Positions 44,677 to 53,364 of a stretch of DNA of 64,000 nt are shown here, piece after piece. Source of the stretch: Poseidonia sp. (lineage in GTDB: Archaea; Thermoplasmatota; Poseidoniia; Poseidoniales; Poseidoniaceae); the NCBI GenBank assembly GCA_965661285.1, contig CBFIDD010000003.1, positions 160,001-224,000 on the forward strand, given 5' to 3'. Position 1 is the first letter of the stretch; each line of letters opens with the position of its first letter. A program made the translations under genes and the position numbers. The notes under the pieces were generated by a model. The model worked only from the letters and a program-made list of their open reading frames with translations. It had not been told where the DNA came from and ran no database searches.

Positions 44677-44752
44677 GGGTTAGTAGCTTAGTTGGGAGAG
44701 CGCGGCACTGAAGATGCCGAGGTCGCTGGTTCAAGTCCGGCCTAACCCACCA
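44677..44752 (+). tRNA. tRNA-Phe(GAA), CCA encoded
   Basis: GGGTTAG/CTAACCC acceptor stem, anticodon arm CGGCA-CTGAAGA-TGCCG, T loop TTCAAGT, ends ACCA. Confidence 0.95.
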
Positions 44753-44872
44753 ACATCTTCTGGTTCAGCAAAGCCTGTGTGGATTTCTTGAATCTATAGA
44801 ACAAGAGATAGGGCATCAGCCGCCTTGGGATTGAGGAAAAGGATTCTTGAACTTGAGTAGGTATGCCTCACC

Positions 44873-46993
44873 ATGGCGAAGGAGACCGACTCGGCTTCCG
44901 ACGCCAAAGAGTCCCCTGAAGAGCAGAGCAAGGCAATGGACAAGCAGGCAAAAGAACTGCAGGAAATTCGCCAGCGACGCAGCGGCGATGGCAAGCGGTT
45001 TCTCTCCAAAATTGAAGACTTCGTTTTGATGGGCGGCATCGCTTACGGGATGTTGTTCGCCATCCTTCTGTTTTCCATGTCGTCGGGCATGCTCGGCAAC
45101 TCGACCAGCCTCGATCATACGGCTTCAACCACCTTCCTCGATATCGGCGACGAATGCACAGAAATCACCGACGAGCCATGGCTCAACATCTTCCCCGACC
45201 CCGACCAAGAATTGTTTTCGCTGGCTGGTCACAACCTGCCGAACGGTGAAGCCTATCTCAGCTACACCTACGTCGCTGTCCCGGATGAGGGGCCCAGGGC
45301 GGTCGTCGCAGAGGACTACGGTTCAAACGAGACCGTGCGAAGCATCAACAAAGTTGACCAGTCCCAAGGACGTGCTTCCTTCAAGGCACCCTATTCCGAG
45401 CTTCCCGAAGGACACTACGAACTAAATTTCAGGATAACTGTCTACGAAGAGCGCAACCTGTCATCAAACATCACGATGGAGCCGATTTCGAAGACCATCA
45501 TGTTTGAGCACACGATCTCAACGGAAACGCTTGCCTTCTTGCCCTTTGTCGACGACGAAGAACACTCGGAGGTCAGGATTGAAGATGCCGGACCTCGCTC
45601 ATGCTGGACGGTTCAGGACCTTGGCGATTGGGGCTACATTCTGATGGGAGCCGAACTCGGCGGGGGCCGTGAAACCGCCATGCTCACGGGTGGTGCTGCC
45701 GGGATTCCTGCGTGGTGGATGGCGTTCATTTCGCTCTCCCTCTCCATCATCTCGTTGCTCATCATCTACCCTGTTATGTACAAGGTCTACCACCAAGAGG
45801 CCGACGATATCCTGTCTCGTAGCCACATTGTTCGTTTGGTTGAGGACACCGTTCACGCCATTGGAGACCAACTCGGGATTGACATCGACCATGACCTGTT
45901 CAAAACCGAGGTCCGGGAACTCTCCATCGACATCATGGTGCCCTACAAAAACACCGAAAACACCCTTTCAGACTCAACCGAAGTACGAGCAGATCTGCTT
46001 CGGGCACTCCTCGAGGAATTTGCCATCTTCCGCGTCTTCAAACCTGTCCAGTTGAACGTACGAGTGATTGGAGACGGTCAGATGGTCGATTTTGATTCAG
46101 GGGTTGGCGTCGGTTCCAGAGGAGAAGAAAAGGACCTCAAGGAAGAACAACAGGACTATTCGAGTTTCTTCTCTGAGTTGCACTCCCTGTCGAGAATTGA
46201 AGACGATGTGCGAGACAGTCTGGACCTGTTCTTCACCCGACGTCCCGATGTGGAGATGACGGGCGCCGTGGTCACCAGCGACGACCGCGTGGTGTTCGTT
46301 TCGGTGATTTTCCGGCCGACACAACGCTTTGCTTGGTTGAGATTCAACAAAACCTCCACCCAAATAAAAGACGAACTCTATCGCTTCATTCACGAACGAA
46401 ACGCTGACCTCCTCGGGTCCCAGGAATTGGTGGTCAAAACCCGAAACGAGGTATCGACCCTCGCTGACCGCTCGGGAGCGGGTCGTGTGGAGCGCAGGTC
46501 GCAAAAAGACGACGAACGCGTCGTGGCGGTCGCCAAACAAGACGGTTTGGGCGGTAGGGTGCTTCAAACCAAATTTTTGGGTGACACCCTTTCCACGGTG
46601 GAATACATGGCCAACGAGAAACGTGAGATGATCAACAAGTGGGGCTTTTGGGGACTCATACTCTTCGTATGGATTCCGTTCATGGCTTCCGGCGTGTTGG
46701 TCGGGGCGATGCTGGGGTTGCTCTCACGCATGCAGTTTATGCGCGTGCTCCTGGCCACCCTTATCGGGGGTTCCATCGCTTCAGTCACGTGGGCGTACAC
46801 GGCTGAAGGTATTGTGAAATTCATGCATCAATACAAGCTTGAAGTGTTCATTCCGCTGGTCATTGCTGTGTTTATTCTCATGGCCTTCCTGCACATCCGT
46901 TCCACAAAATTGCGCCGTCAGACCGAATTGTTCGAGGACACCCTCCTTGACAACTTTCATGCCGACATCGTGGCGAAATACGGCGATCAGTAG
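44873..46993 (+). CDS. Membrane protein with a small-multidrug-export-like membrane domain plus extracellular and cytoplasmic insertions
   Basis: C-terminal KWGFWGLILFVWIPFMASGVLVGAMLG motif; N-terminal TM and ectodomain. Confidence 0.7.
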   Translation: MAKETDSASDAKESPEEQSKAMDKQAKELQEIRQRRSGDGKRFLSKIEDFVLMGGIAYGMLFAILLFSMSSGMLGNSTSLDHTASTTFLDIGDECTEITDEPWLNIFPDPDQELFSLAGHNLPNGEAYLSYTYVAVPDEGPRAVVAEDYGSNETVRSINKVDQSQGRASFKAPYSELPEGHYELNFRITVYEERNLSSNITMEPISKTIMFEHTISTETLAFLPFVDDEEHSEVRIEDAGPRSCWTVQDLGDWGYILMGAELGGGRETAMLTGGAAGIPAWWMAFISLSLSIISLLIIYPVMYKVYHQEADDILSRSHIVRLVEDTVHAIGDQLGIDIDHDLFKTEVRELSIDIMVPYKNTENTLSDSTEVRADLLRALLEEFAIFRVFKPVQLNVRVIGDGQMVDFDSGVGVGSRGEEKDLKEEQQDYSSFFSELHSLSRIEDDVRDSLDLFFTRRPDVEMTGAVVTSDDRVVFVSVIFRPTQRFAWLRFNKTSTQIKDELYRFIHERNADLLGSQELVVKTRNEVSTLADRSGAGRVERRSQKDDERVVAVAKQDGLGGRVLQTKFLGDTLSTVEYMANEKREMINKWGFWGLILFVWIPFMASGVLVGAMLGLLSRMQFMRVLLATLIGGSIASVTWAYTAEGIVKFMHQYKLEVFIPLVIAVFILMAFLHIRSTKLRRQTELFEDTLLDNFHADIVAKYGDQ

Positions 46994-47001
46994 GTGATGC
47001 C

Positions 47002-47595
47002 ATGCAGGCCAGTACCGACTTTTCAGGAACCGATGATCACGTCGGCGACCTCGTTTGTTTGGGCATCGTCACGGTCAGTGACCGAGCCAGCAGAGGCGAA
47101 TACGCCGATGAGGGCGGGCCCGCCATTTTGGGGTTTTTCGAAGAGGCCATCAAGAGTCCGTGGACGGCCCACTATCGCTGCGTTCCCGACGAGCGAAACG
47201 CTGTGCAAGCAGCCCTGTGCCAACTTGTGGACGAGGTTGGCTGTCACGTGGTCGTCACCACCGGCGGCACCGGCCCGGCACTCCGAGACATTACGCCAGA
47301 GGCGACCGAGGCGGTCTGCGACCGCATGATGCCGGGGTTTGGTGAACAAATGCGAAACATTTCCCTGGCCTTCGTCCCGACAGCCATCCTTTCCCGCCAG
47401 GTTGGCGGACTTCGAGGCCAGAGCCTGGTGTTCAACCTCCCCGGTCGGCCAAAAGCCATCAGAGAAACCATTGACGAAATTTGGCGAGCCGTGCCGTATT
47501 GTGTTGACTTGATGAACGGGCCCTACATGGACATGAATCCGGCTGTATGCGACGCCTTTAGACCAAAATCCGCCCGCCGCACTTCTTCAGCGTAG
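47002..47595 (+). CDS. mog: Molybdopterin adenylyltransferase
   Basis: VSDRAS, TTGGTG..RDITPEAT, AILSRQ, NLPGRPKAI. Confidence 0.95.
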   Translation: MQASTDFSGTDDHVGDLVCLGIVTVSDRASRGEYADEGGPAILGFFEEAIKSPWTAHYRCVPDERNAVQAALCQLVDEVGCHVVVTTGGTGPALRDITPEATEAVCDRMMPGFGEQMRNISLAFVPTAILSRQVGGLRGQSLVFNLPGRPKAIRETIDEIWRAVPYCVDLMNGPYMDMNPAVCDAFRPKSARRTSSA

Positions 47596-47638
47596 CACAG
47601 CATATTCATGAGCCTCTCCGCGCTGGAATGAGACGAGG

Positions 47639-49054
47639 ATGAACATGGAAGGCAATCTCTTAATTCACGGCGCAACGATGGTCCTGCCCAACGAAACAGG
47701 TGTTGGCGACTTGAGAATTCGCAACGGCGTTATTGAGGCCGTCGCCCTCGGTGAGACCCTCAAACCCCTCGACGACGAACTCTTCATCGACGGGAGAGGC
47801 CTCCATCTCCTGCCCGGCATCATTGACCCACAATGCCACTTCAGGGACCCCGGTCAGCCCGAAAAAGAAGATTTAGGTTCGGGCTCAGCCGCTGCTGTCA
47901 GCGGCGGCGTCACTTCATTTTTGGACATGCCGAACAACAAACCTTCCATCACCGACATGGAGGGCATGAAGGGGAAACTCAAGACGGCGTCTGAAAAGTG
48001 CGTCAACAATTATGGCTTCTTCATCGGCGCCACACCGAACAACGTACCCGACCTCCAAGAAGCCGTAGGAACACCCGACGCACCGATGGCCGTTCCTGGC
48101 ATCTGTGGTATCAAGATCTTCATGGGCTCTTCAACCGGAACGCTGCTGGTCAACGAGCGAGAAGCACTCGAAGCCATCTTCGAGGGCACGGGTGGTCTTA
48201 TTGCGGTCCATGCAGAAGATGAAAAACGCATGATTGAGCGACGTGAGGGTATCAAAGGCCGAACGGACATCGCTGCTCACGCCGAATGGCGAGATGACAT
48301 CACCGCACTTCTCGCGACCCAACTGGCCGTTGAGTTGGCTCAGGAATCCGGACACCGATTGCATGTTCTTCACCTCACAAGCGGCATTGAAGCCGACTGG
48401 TTGAATGGCATCACTACATTGCCCTCGCAGGCCGACAAGGACACTGCCATCATCACAACAGAAACCCTCCCGCAGCACTTGACGTTCGATGAGACGGATG
48501 TTGCTCGCGAAGGAACCAGATTGCAGATGAATCCCCCGATTCGATACAAAAAGGACCGGGAAACCCTGTGGAAACAACTCAAGCAGGGGACCATCCAGTG
48601 CATTGCAACCGACCACGCACCTCATACGCTGGAAGCCAAGAGCGCAGGTTTCCCACATGCCCCTAGCGGCATGCCGGGGGTTGAAACTTCACTGGCAGTG
48701 ATGCTCACCCACGCCCGAGACGGTGCATGCAACATCGAAGATGTGGCCAAATGGATGTCAACCAACGTTGCGGACTGCTTCAACATGGTTGGAAAAGGGG
48801 CGCTGGAACAGGGGATGGACGGAGACGTCGTCTTGGTTGACATGGAAAACGCACGAGAGGTTACCGACGAACATTCGTGGACCCGAGTGGGTTGGAACCC
48901 CTTCCGCGGACGCTCCCTAGTGGGTTGGGCTCAGGTCACTGTCGTGGCGGGTGTGCCCGTGTTTGAGCGAACCGAAGCCACCGGACCCAAAGGAGCGATC
49001 TTGGTTGAGCCAGGCGCAGTGGGTGAACCCATCGTGATGGCGCCGTGGCGTTAG
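47639..49054 (+). CDS. pyrC: Dihydroorotase (amidohydrolase superfamily)
   Basis: IDPQCHFRDPG, DMPNN, KIFMG, VHAED, HVLH, MNPPIR, ATDHAPH. Confidence 0.85.
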   Translation: MNMEGNLLIHGATMVLPNETGVGDLRIRNGVIEAVALGETLKPLDDELFIDGRGLHLLPGIIDPQCHFRDPGQPEKEDLGSGSAAAVSGGVTSFLDMPNNKPSITDMEGMKGKLKTASEKCVNNYGFFIGATPNNVPDLQEAVGTPDAPMAVPGICGIKIFMGSSTGTLLVNEREALEAIFEGTGGLIAVHAEDEKRMIERREGIKGRTDIAAHAEWRDDITALLATQLAVELAQESGHRLHVLHLTSGIEADWLNGITTLPSQADKDTAIITTETLPQHLTFDETDVAREGTRLQMNPPIRYKKDRETLWKQLKQGTIQCIATDHAPHTLEAKSAGFPHAPSGMPGVETSLAVMLTHARDGACNIEDVAKWMSTNVADCFNMVGKGALEQGMDGDVVLVDMENAREVTDEHSWTRVGWNPFRGRSLVGWAQVTVVAGVPVFERTEATGPKGAILVEPGAVGEPIVMAPWR

Positions 49055-50547
49055 CCGAGCTGGTAGAGTTCGCCGTATTTTCGCTCAACGTATCGCAAGA
49101 AGGGTTCAGGACTTGGGGGTGAGCCCGTGGCGTCTTCGATCAGTTGCGCCGGTGAAACTTGGCTGCCTCGTTGGTGGATACGGGGACGAAGCCAATCCAA
49201 CATCGGCGCCCAATCTCCAGCAGCCACGAGTTTATCGATTTCGCCCAAGTCTTCCGCCATCGCTTCCAAGAGTTGCGCTGCGTAGAGATTGCCGAGGGTG
49301 TAGGTCGGGAAATAGCCGAAGGCACCCATCGACCAGTGGATGTCTTGCAAGCAGCCCAATCGGTCTTCGGGGACCGCAATGCCAAACCAGGCCTCAAACA
49401 TGCTGTTCCAAGCGTTGGGCAAGTCATCTACATCCAGGTCGCCGTTGAACAATTGTTTCTCTATTTCATAGCGGAGCATGACGTGCAAGTTGTAGGTTAC
49501 TTCGTCAGCTTCGACTCGAATGAACCCTTTTTCCACACGGTTTGCTAATCGATTCAACTGATGCTCATCCCATTGTGGGGCATCGGGGAAATTTTCGTTA
49601 AACCAAGGCATGACGACCTTCCAAAAAGCGGGCGTCCTGCCGATCTGGTTTTCCCAAAAGCGGCTCTGAGATTCGTGAACACCCAAGGAAACAGCAGCGC
49701 CGCGTGGCGTAAATCGATGATCGTGGTCCAGGCCCTGTTCGTAAAGCGCATGCCCGGTTTCGTGCATCACGGCGTACAAGCAAGAAAACGGGTCAACCTC
49801 ATCAAATCGAGTGGTGAAACGGGTGTCGCCGGGCCACAAGCCCGCAGAGAACGGGTGCGTTGATGCGTCCATCCGTCCGGCTTCAAAATCGAAGCCCATA
49901 TGTTTTGAGACCGCCTCACAAAACGCCTTTTGGCCGGCGATGGAAAACACAAGGCCCTCGGGCATAGAGGGCTCTTCAACCCTGCTTTGTGCCGCTGTTA
50001 TGGCTTCAAGCAGCGGGACAAGCCGTTCTCGCAAACCAGCAAAGAGCGGGTCGTAATCCTCAACCGTCATGCCCACTTCGTATTCGTCGAGAAGAACATC
50101 GTAGGGCGTTGTTTGGATGCCGAGCAGGGATATTTTTTCTCGGGTGAGTTCAATCAAGCGGCGCAAACTGGGCTTGAACGCTTCAAAATCGGATGCTGAG
50201 CGAGCCGATTGCCAAGCGACGAGAGCTTCGGAACGGGCTTCGGCGAACGTTTCAACAAAGGATTTCGGCAGGCGAATCGCTTGGTCGTACGTTCGGCGCA
50301 TCTCTCGTACGTTGGCCGCTTGGTCCACATCAAGGTCCTGTCCATCGAGTTCATCGAGCAGTTCTCCCATTCGCAAGTCTGTCAGTTGTTCGTGTCGCTT
50401 CCCAGCGAGCCACGCCATCATCTCGCCACGGGACGAAGCGCCCTTTGCGGGCATGAGCACTTCTTGGTCCCAGCCAAGGTGGCCTTGAAGAGCACCGAGT
50501 CGATGGATGTCTTGAACGCGCCGAAGAAATTCTTCGTAGGTTTCCAT
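49051..50547 (-). CDS. M32 family carboxypeptidase
   Basis: HPF, HETGHALYEQ, HESQ, IRVEADE, QDIHW, GYFPTY. Confidence 0.96.
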   Translation of the reverse strand: METYEEFLRRVQDIHRLGALQGHLGWDQEVLMPAKGASSRGEMMAWLAGKRHEQLTDLRMGELLDELDGQDLDVDQAANVREMRRTYDQAIRLPKSFVETFAEARSEALVAWQSARSASDFEAFKPSLRRLIELTREKISLLGIQTTPYDVLLDEYEVGMTVEDYDPLFAGLRERLVPLLEAITAAQSRVEEPSMPEGLVFSIAGQKAFCEAVSKHMGFDFEAGRMDASTHPFSAGLWPGDTRFTTRFDEVDPFSCLYAVMHETGHALYEQGLDHDHRFTPRGAAVSLGVHESQSRFWENQIGRTPAFWKVVMPWFNENFPDAPQWDEHQLNRLANRVEKGFIRVEADEVTYNLHVMLRYEIEKQLFNGDLDVDDLPNAWNSMFEAWFGIAVPEDRLGCLQDIHWSMGAFGYFPTYTLGNLYAAQLLEAMAEDLGEIDKLVAAGDWAPMLDWLRPRIHQRGSQVSPAQLIEDATGSPPSPEPFLRYVERKYGELYQLG

Positions 50548-50663
50548 GCCCGGTTCAAACACCTGTGCTTCTTCAATACTCCCATAGGTCAACATGAGCA
50601 ATCTGGACAAAACGATGAAAGAAAAATGCACACATTCAAGAACATTTGAACGGTACCCGTATC

Positions 50664-51812
50664 ATGGTCCTCCCGTTCCGCCGAAAAGGCTCGGACGAGG
50701 ATGAGGACGGTGTTGTCGACAAAGATATTGAAGACATCATGAACGAGGCCGAGGGCCTAGGTGATGCCTCTGGGATCACGCTCCCGGAAACGCCTGATGA
50801 AGGCGGCGATGAGGGCGAAATGGACCCCGCCGAAAAGATGGCCAACAGCGCACGAACCGTGATTGACACGTGCATGGACGTCCGTCGTGGAGAAAACATC
50901 CTCATCATCTGTGACCCAACCACGACGGAAATCGGGCAGGCCTTGCACGATGCCGCAAGCCTCCGTTCAGACCGTGTGCTCCTCGTGGTCATGCCGAAGG
51001 GCCGCCACCACGGGGATGAACCACCAACGCCCGTGGCCAACCTCATGCGACAACAACAGGTCGTCATCGCCCCTACTCGATATTCGCTCACGCACACCAA
51101 GGCCGTTCGCTTGGCGCTCAAAGACGGATGCAGGGTCGCAACGATGCCAGGGATGACGGCAGAGATGTTCACGGTTGGAGGCATGTCGGCCGACTTCAAC
51201 ATCATCAAGAAAAACATCGGCGAGATGAACAACCTTCTGCGACGAAAGCGCATCATCAACATCAAGTCAGAGACGGGCACAAACGTGACGTTTGAAGTCA
51301 ACTGGCGAGAGTGGAAACTGGACGATAACGGTATCTGCAACCGTCCACGCATGCTTACCAACCTTCCGGCTGGCAAGATCTTCACGCTCCCTCGAGAAGG
51401 AACGATGAACGGGACCATCGTGATTGACGGGTCCTGGGATTCTGACCTTGTCGATGAACCGGTGGTGCTTCAAGTTGAAAACGGCCTCGTGGTCGATGTC
51501 AAGGGTGGAACGGCAGCAGCACAGATCCGTCAAACCTTCGGAGAGGCCGCCAAACGCCTCAAGAGCAGGGACCAAGAAAACGTCTGGACCATTGCAGAAT
51601 TCGGATTCGGCATGAACCCCAATGCACGTGTCACCGGAAACGTTCTGGAAGATGAGAAACGCTTGGGAACCGCCTATTTTTCGATTGGCGACAACACAAG
51701 ACTCGGGGGCTCTGCTGCTGTTGGCATCCAAATCTCGGGCGTTCTTGAACAGCCGAGTATTTGGATGGACGAAACCTTGTTGTTTGAAAAAGGGCAATTC
51801 GTTGCCCATTAA
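50664..51812 (+). CDS. M29-like (thermophilic metalloprotease) aminopeptidase
   Basis: EPP, SLTHT, NLPAG, GTIVIDG, IAEFGFGMNP, LEDEK, IGDN. Confidence 0.85.
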   Translation: MVLPFRRKGSDEDEDGVVDKDIEDIMNEAEGLGDASGITLPETPDEGGDEGEMDPAEKMANSARTVIDTCMDVRRGENILIICDPTTTEIGQALHDAASLRSDRVLLVVMPKGRHHGDEPPTPVANLMRQQQVVIAPTRYSLTHTKAVRLALKDGCRVATMPGMTAEMFTVGGMSADFNIIKKNIGEMNNLLRRKRIINIKSETGTNVTFEVNWREWKLDDNGICNRPRMLTNLPAGKIFTLPREGTMNGTIVIDGSWDSDLVDEPVVLQVENGLVVDVKGGTAAAQIRQTFGEAAKRLKSRDQENVWTIAEFGFGMNPNARVTGNVLEDEKRLGTAYFSIGDNTRLGGSAAVGIQISGVLEQPSIWMDETLLFEKGQFVAH

Positions 51813-51815
51813 TCC

Positions 51816-53306
51816 TCAATATCCGAGGTTTTGTTGGCCGCATACCGGGCAGAACCGCCAGTACGGGTCCAATCCTATTCCACAACCTCGGCAGTGCACA
51901 CCGGAGCGAATCGTGGGCTGAACCACCGGTGCTTGCTTGCGAGGCCACCTCTGTTGCGGCGGCTGATGTTGTGGCCATCCCTGCTGCGGCGGTTGTTGCT
52001 GTTGCCATGGCTGTTGTGGCAACGGTTGAGGGCGTTGTTGTGGAGAGGGTTGCTGAGCAGCCGGCTGTTGGGGTTTGGGTTGTTGCTTGCCTGATAGGGG
52101 CCGGCGAACAGGAGCCACGGGCTTCGGGAGAGAAGCGGTCTTTTCTGCAGCAGGGGACGCAATGAACTCCGACAAGGATACAACGCCGTCCCCATCGGTA
52201 TCGGCTTCTGCGTGGAGTTCGGCTGCCTCATCAAGGCTGGTTCCGGTGGCTTGGGCCAGTTCTTCAACGTCCAAGGCACCGCTGCCGTCTTCGTCAGCGG
52301 CGATGAAATGTTCTGCGGCGCTCACGAATTCGTCATCTTCCCCCCCGGTTTCCGAAACTGGTTCTTCCACTGGTGCCACAGGAGCAGGCGTTGCGGGCTG
52401 TTCTTCTGTGATCAACTCGGAACTGAAGGCGCCCGAAAAGGCATCTTGCGTCGCTTTCGCAACCTGTTTCTCGCTCTCAATGTTCAACTCCGGTTCGGCC
52501 GTCTCGGTTTCCGGAACCTCTGGCAACGCCACCCCGCCGCTTGGTAGTGGAACCGGAACGCTCGTGGCTGGCTCGGGGGTTGAGGTTGGGAGCGGGACTG
52601 GATCGGGAGTGAAACCAACTGGCGCTGGTTCCGGTTTGGGCGGAGCGGGGGAGGGGGTTGATTCCCCTGCTGGTGTTGCCGGCAGGGGCGTCGCTTCAGG
52701 GACATCAACGCTGTCTGCCGAGGCGGAGCTGCTGGCCAAACTTCCAACGGGAAGAACATGACCGGCCACATCCAGAGCGGCATCCAATTCCTTGTTGATG
52801 GCCACCAAGGCGTCCACGGACCCTGCCACGTTATTGAGCAGTCCCTCAACGGCATTGAGGTAGTTGAGAACTTCATCCTTCGCCCCTGTTTGATACGCCA
52901 CCGCAAAGAGTTTCATCATGCGCATGGGGTCTGCGAGTTGCTCGAGAGAAGTGCGTTGTTCAGCGGCCAATCCACTCAATGCGTCCGCTCCGGCTTCGCC
53001 GGATGAATCCGGCATACCCAACGCCTGCAAAACAGGGTCTGGCATGCTCATCAAACCGAGATGGCCGGCCACGAGGTAGTAGATTTCACCGCCCTCGCAC
53101 TGCATGCGCTCACTCGCTGCTTCGAAGTCAAAGTCGCCCGGGCGGAGCACAATATCGGAGAGTAATTCGAAAAATTGAACCATGGCCTCATCTCGAGGCA
53201 TCGCCATCATTGCATGGAGAACGTCGCTGGATTCTGTAACGCCAAAATAAGCCGCTGCATCATCGACCTCAATTTGAGAGGTGGAGGGCGTGTTCTCGTC
53301 CGACAT
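51816..53306 (-). CDS. EF-hand pair + Pro/Gln-rich region + C-terminal zinc ribbon protein
   Basis: EF-hand loops DEDGSGALDVEE and DTDGDGVVSLSE; CRGC...FCPVCG. Confidence 0.82.
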   Translation of the reverse strand: MSDENTPSTSQIEVDDAAAYFGVTESSDVLHAMMAMPRDEAMVQFFELLSDIVLRPGDFDFEAASERMQCEGGEIYYLVAGHLGLMSMPDPVLQALGMPDSSGEAGADALSGLAAEQRTSLEQLADPMRMMKLFAVAYQTGAKDEVLNYLNAVEGLLNNVAGSVDALVAINKELDAALDVAGHVLPVGSLASSSASADSVDVPEATPLPATPAGESTPSPAPPKPEPAPVGFTPDPVPLPTSTPEPATSVPVPLPSGGVALPEVPETETAEPELNIESEKQVAKATQDAFSGAFSSELITEEQPATPAPVAPVEEPVSETGGEDDEFVSAAEHFIAADEDGSGALDVEELAQATGTSLDEAAELHAEADTDGDGVVSLSEFIASPAAEKTASLPKPVAPVRRPLSGKQQPKPQQPAAQQPSPQQRPQPLPQQPWQQQQPPQQGWPQHQPPQQRWPRKQAPVVQPTIRSGVHCRGCGIGLDPYWRFCPVCGQQNLGY

Positions 53307-53364
53307 CCATGACCCTCCCTTTTCTCTCCACCGTTGACACCCATTTAAGCCCTCATGACCGTCG

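Noticed and set aside
47820-47850. Dihydroorotase with QxH instead of the HxH metal motif
   Set aside because: DPQVHFR-type variants occur in a known dihydroorotase subgroup, and the other ligands are intact.
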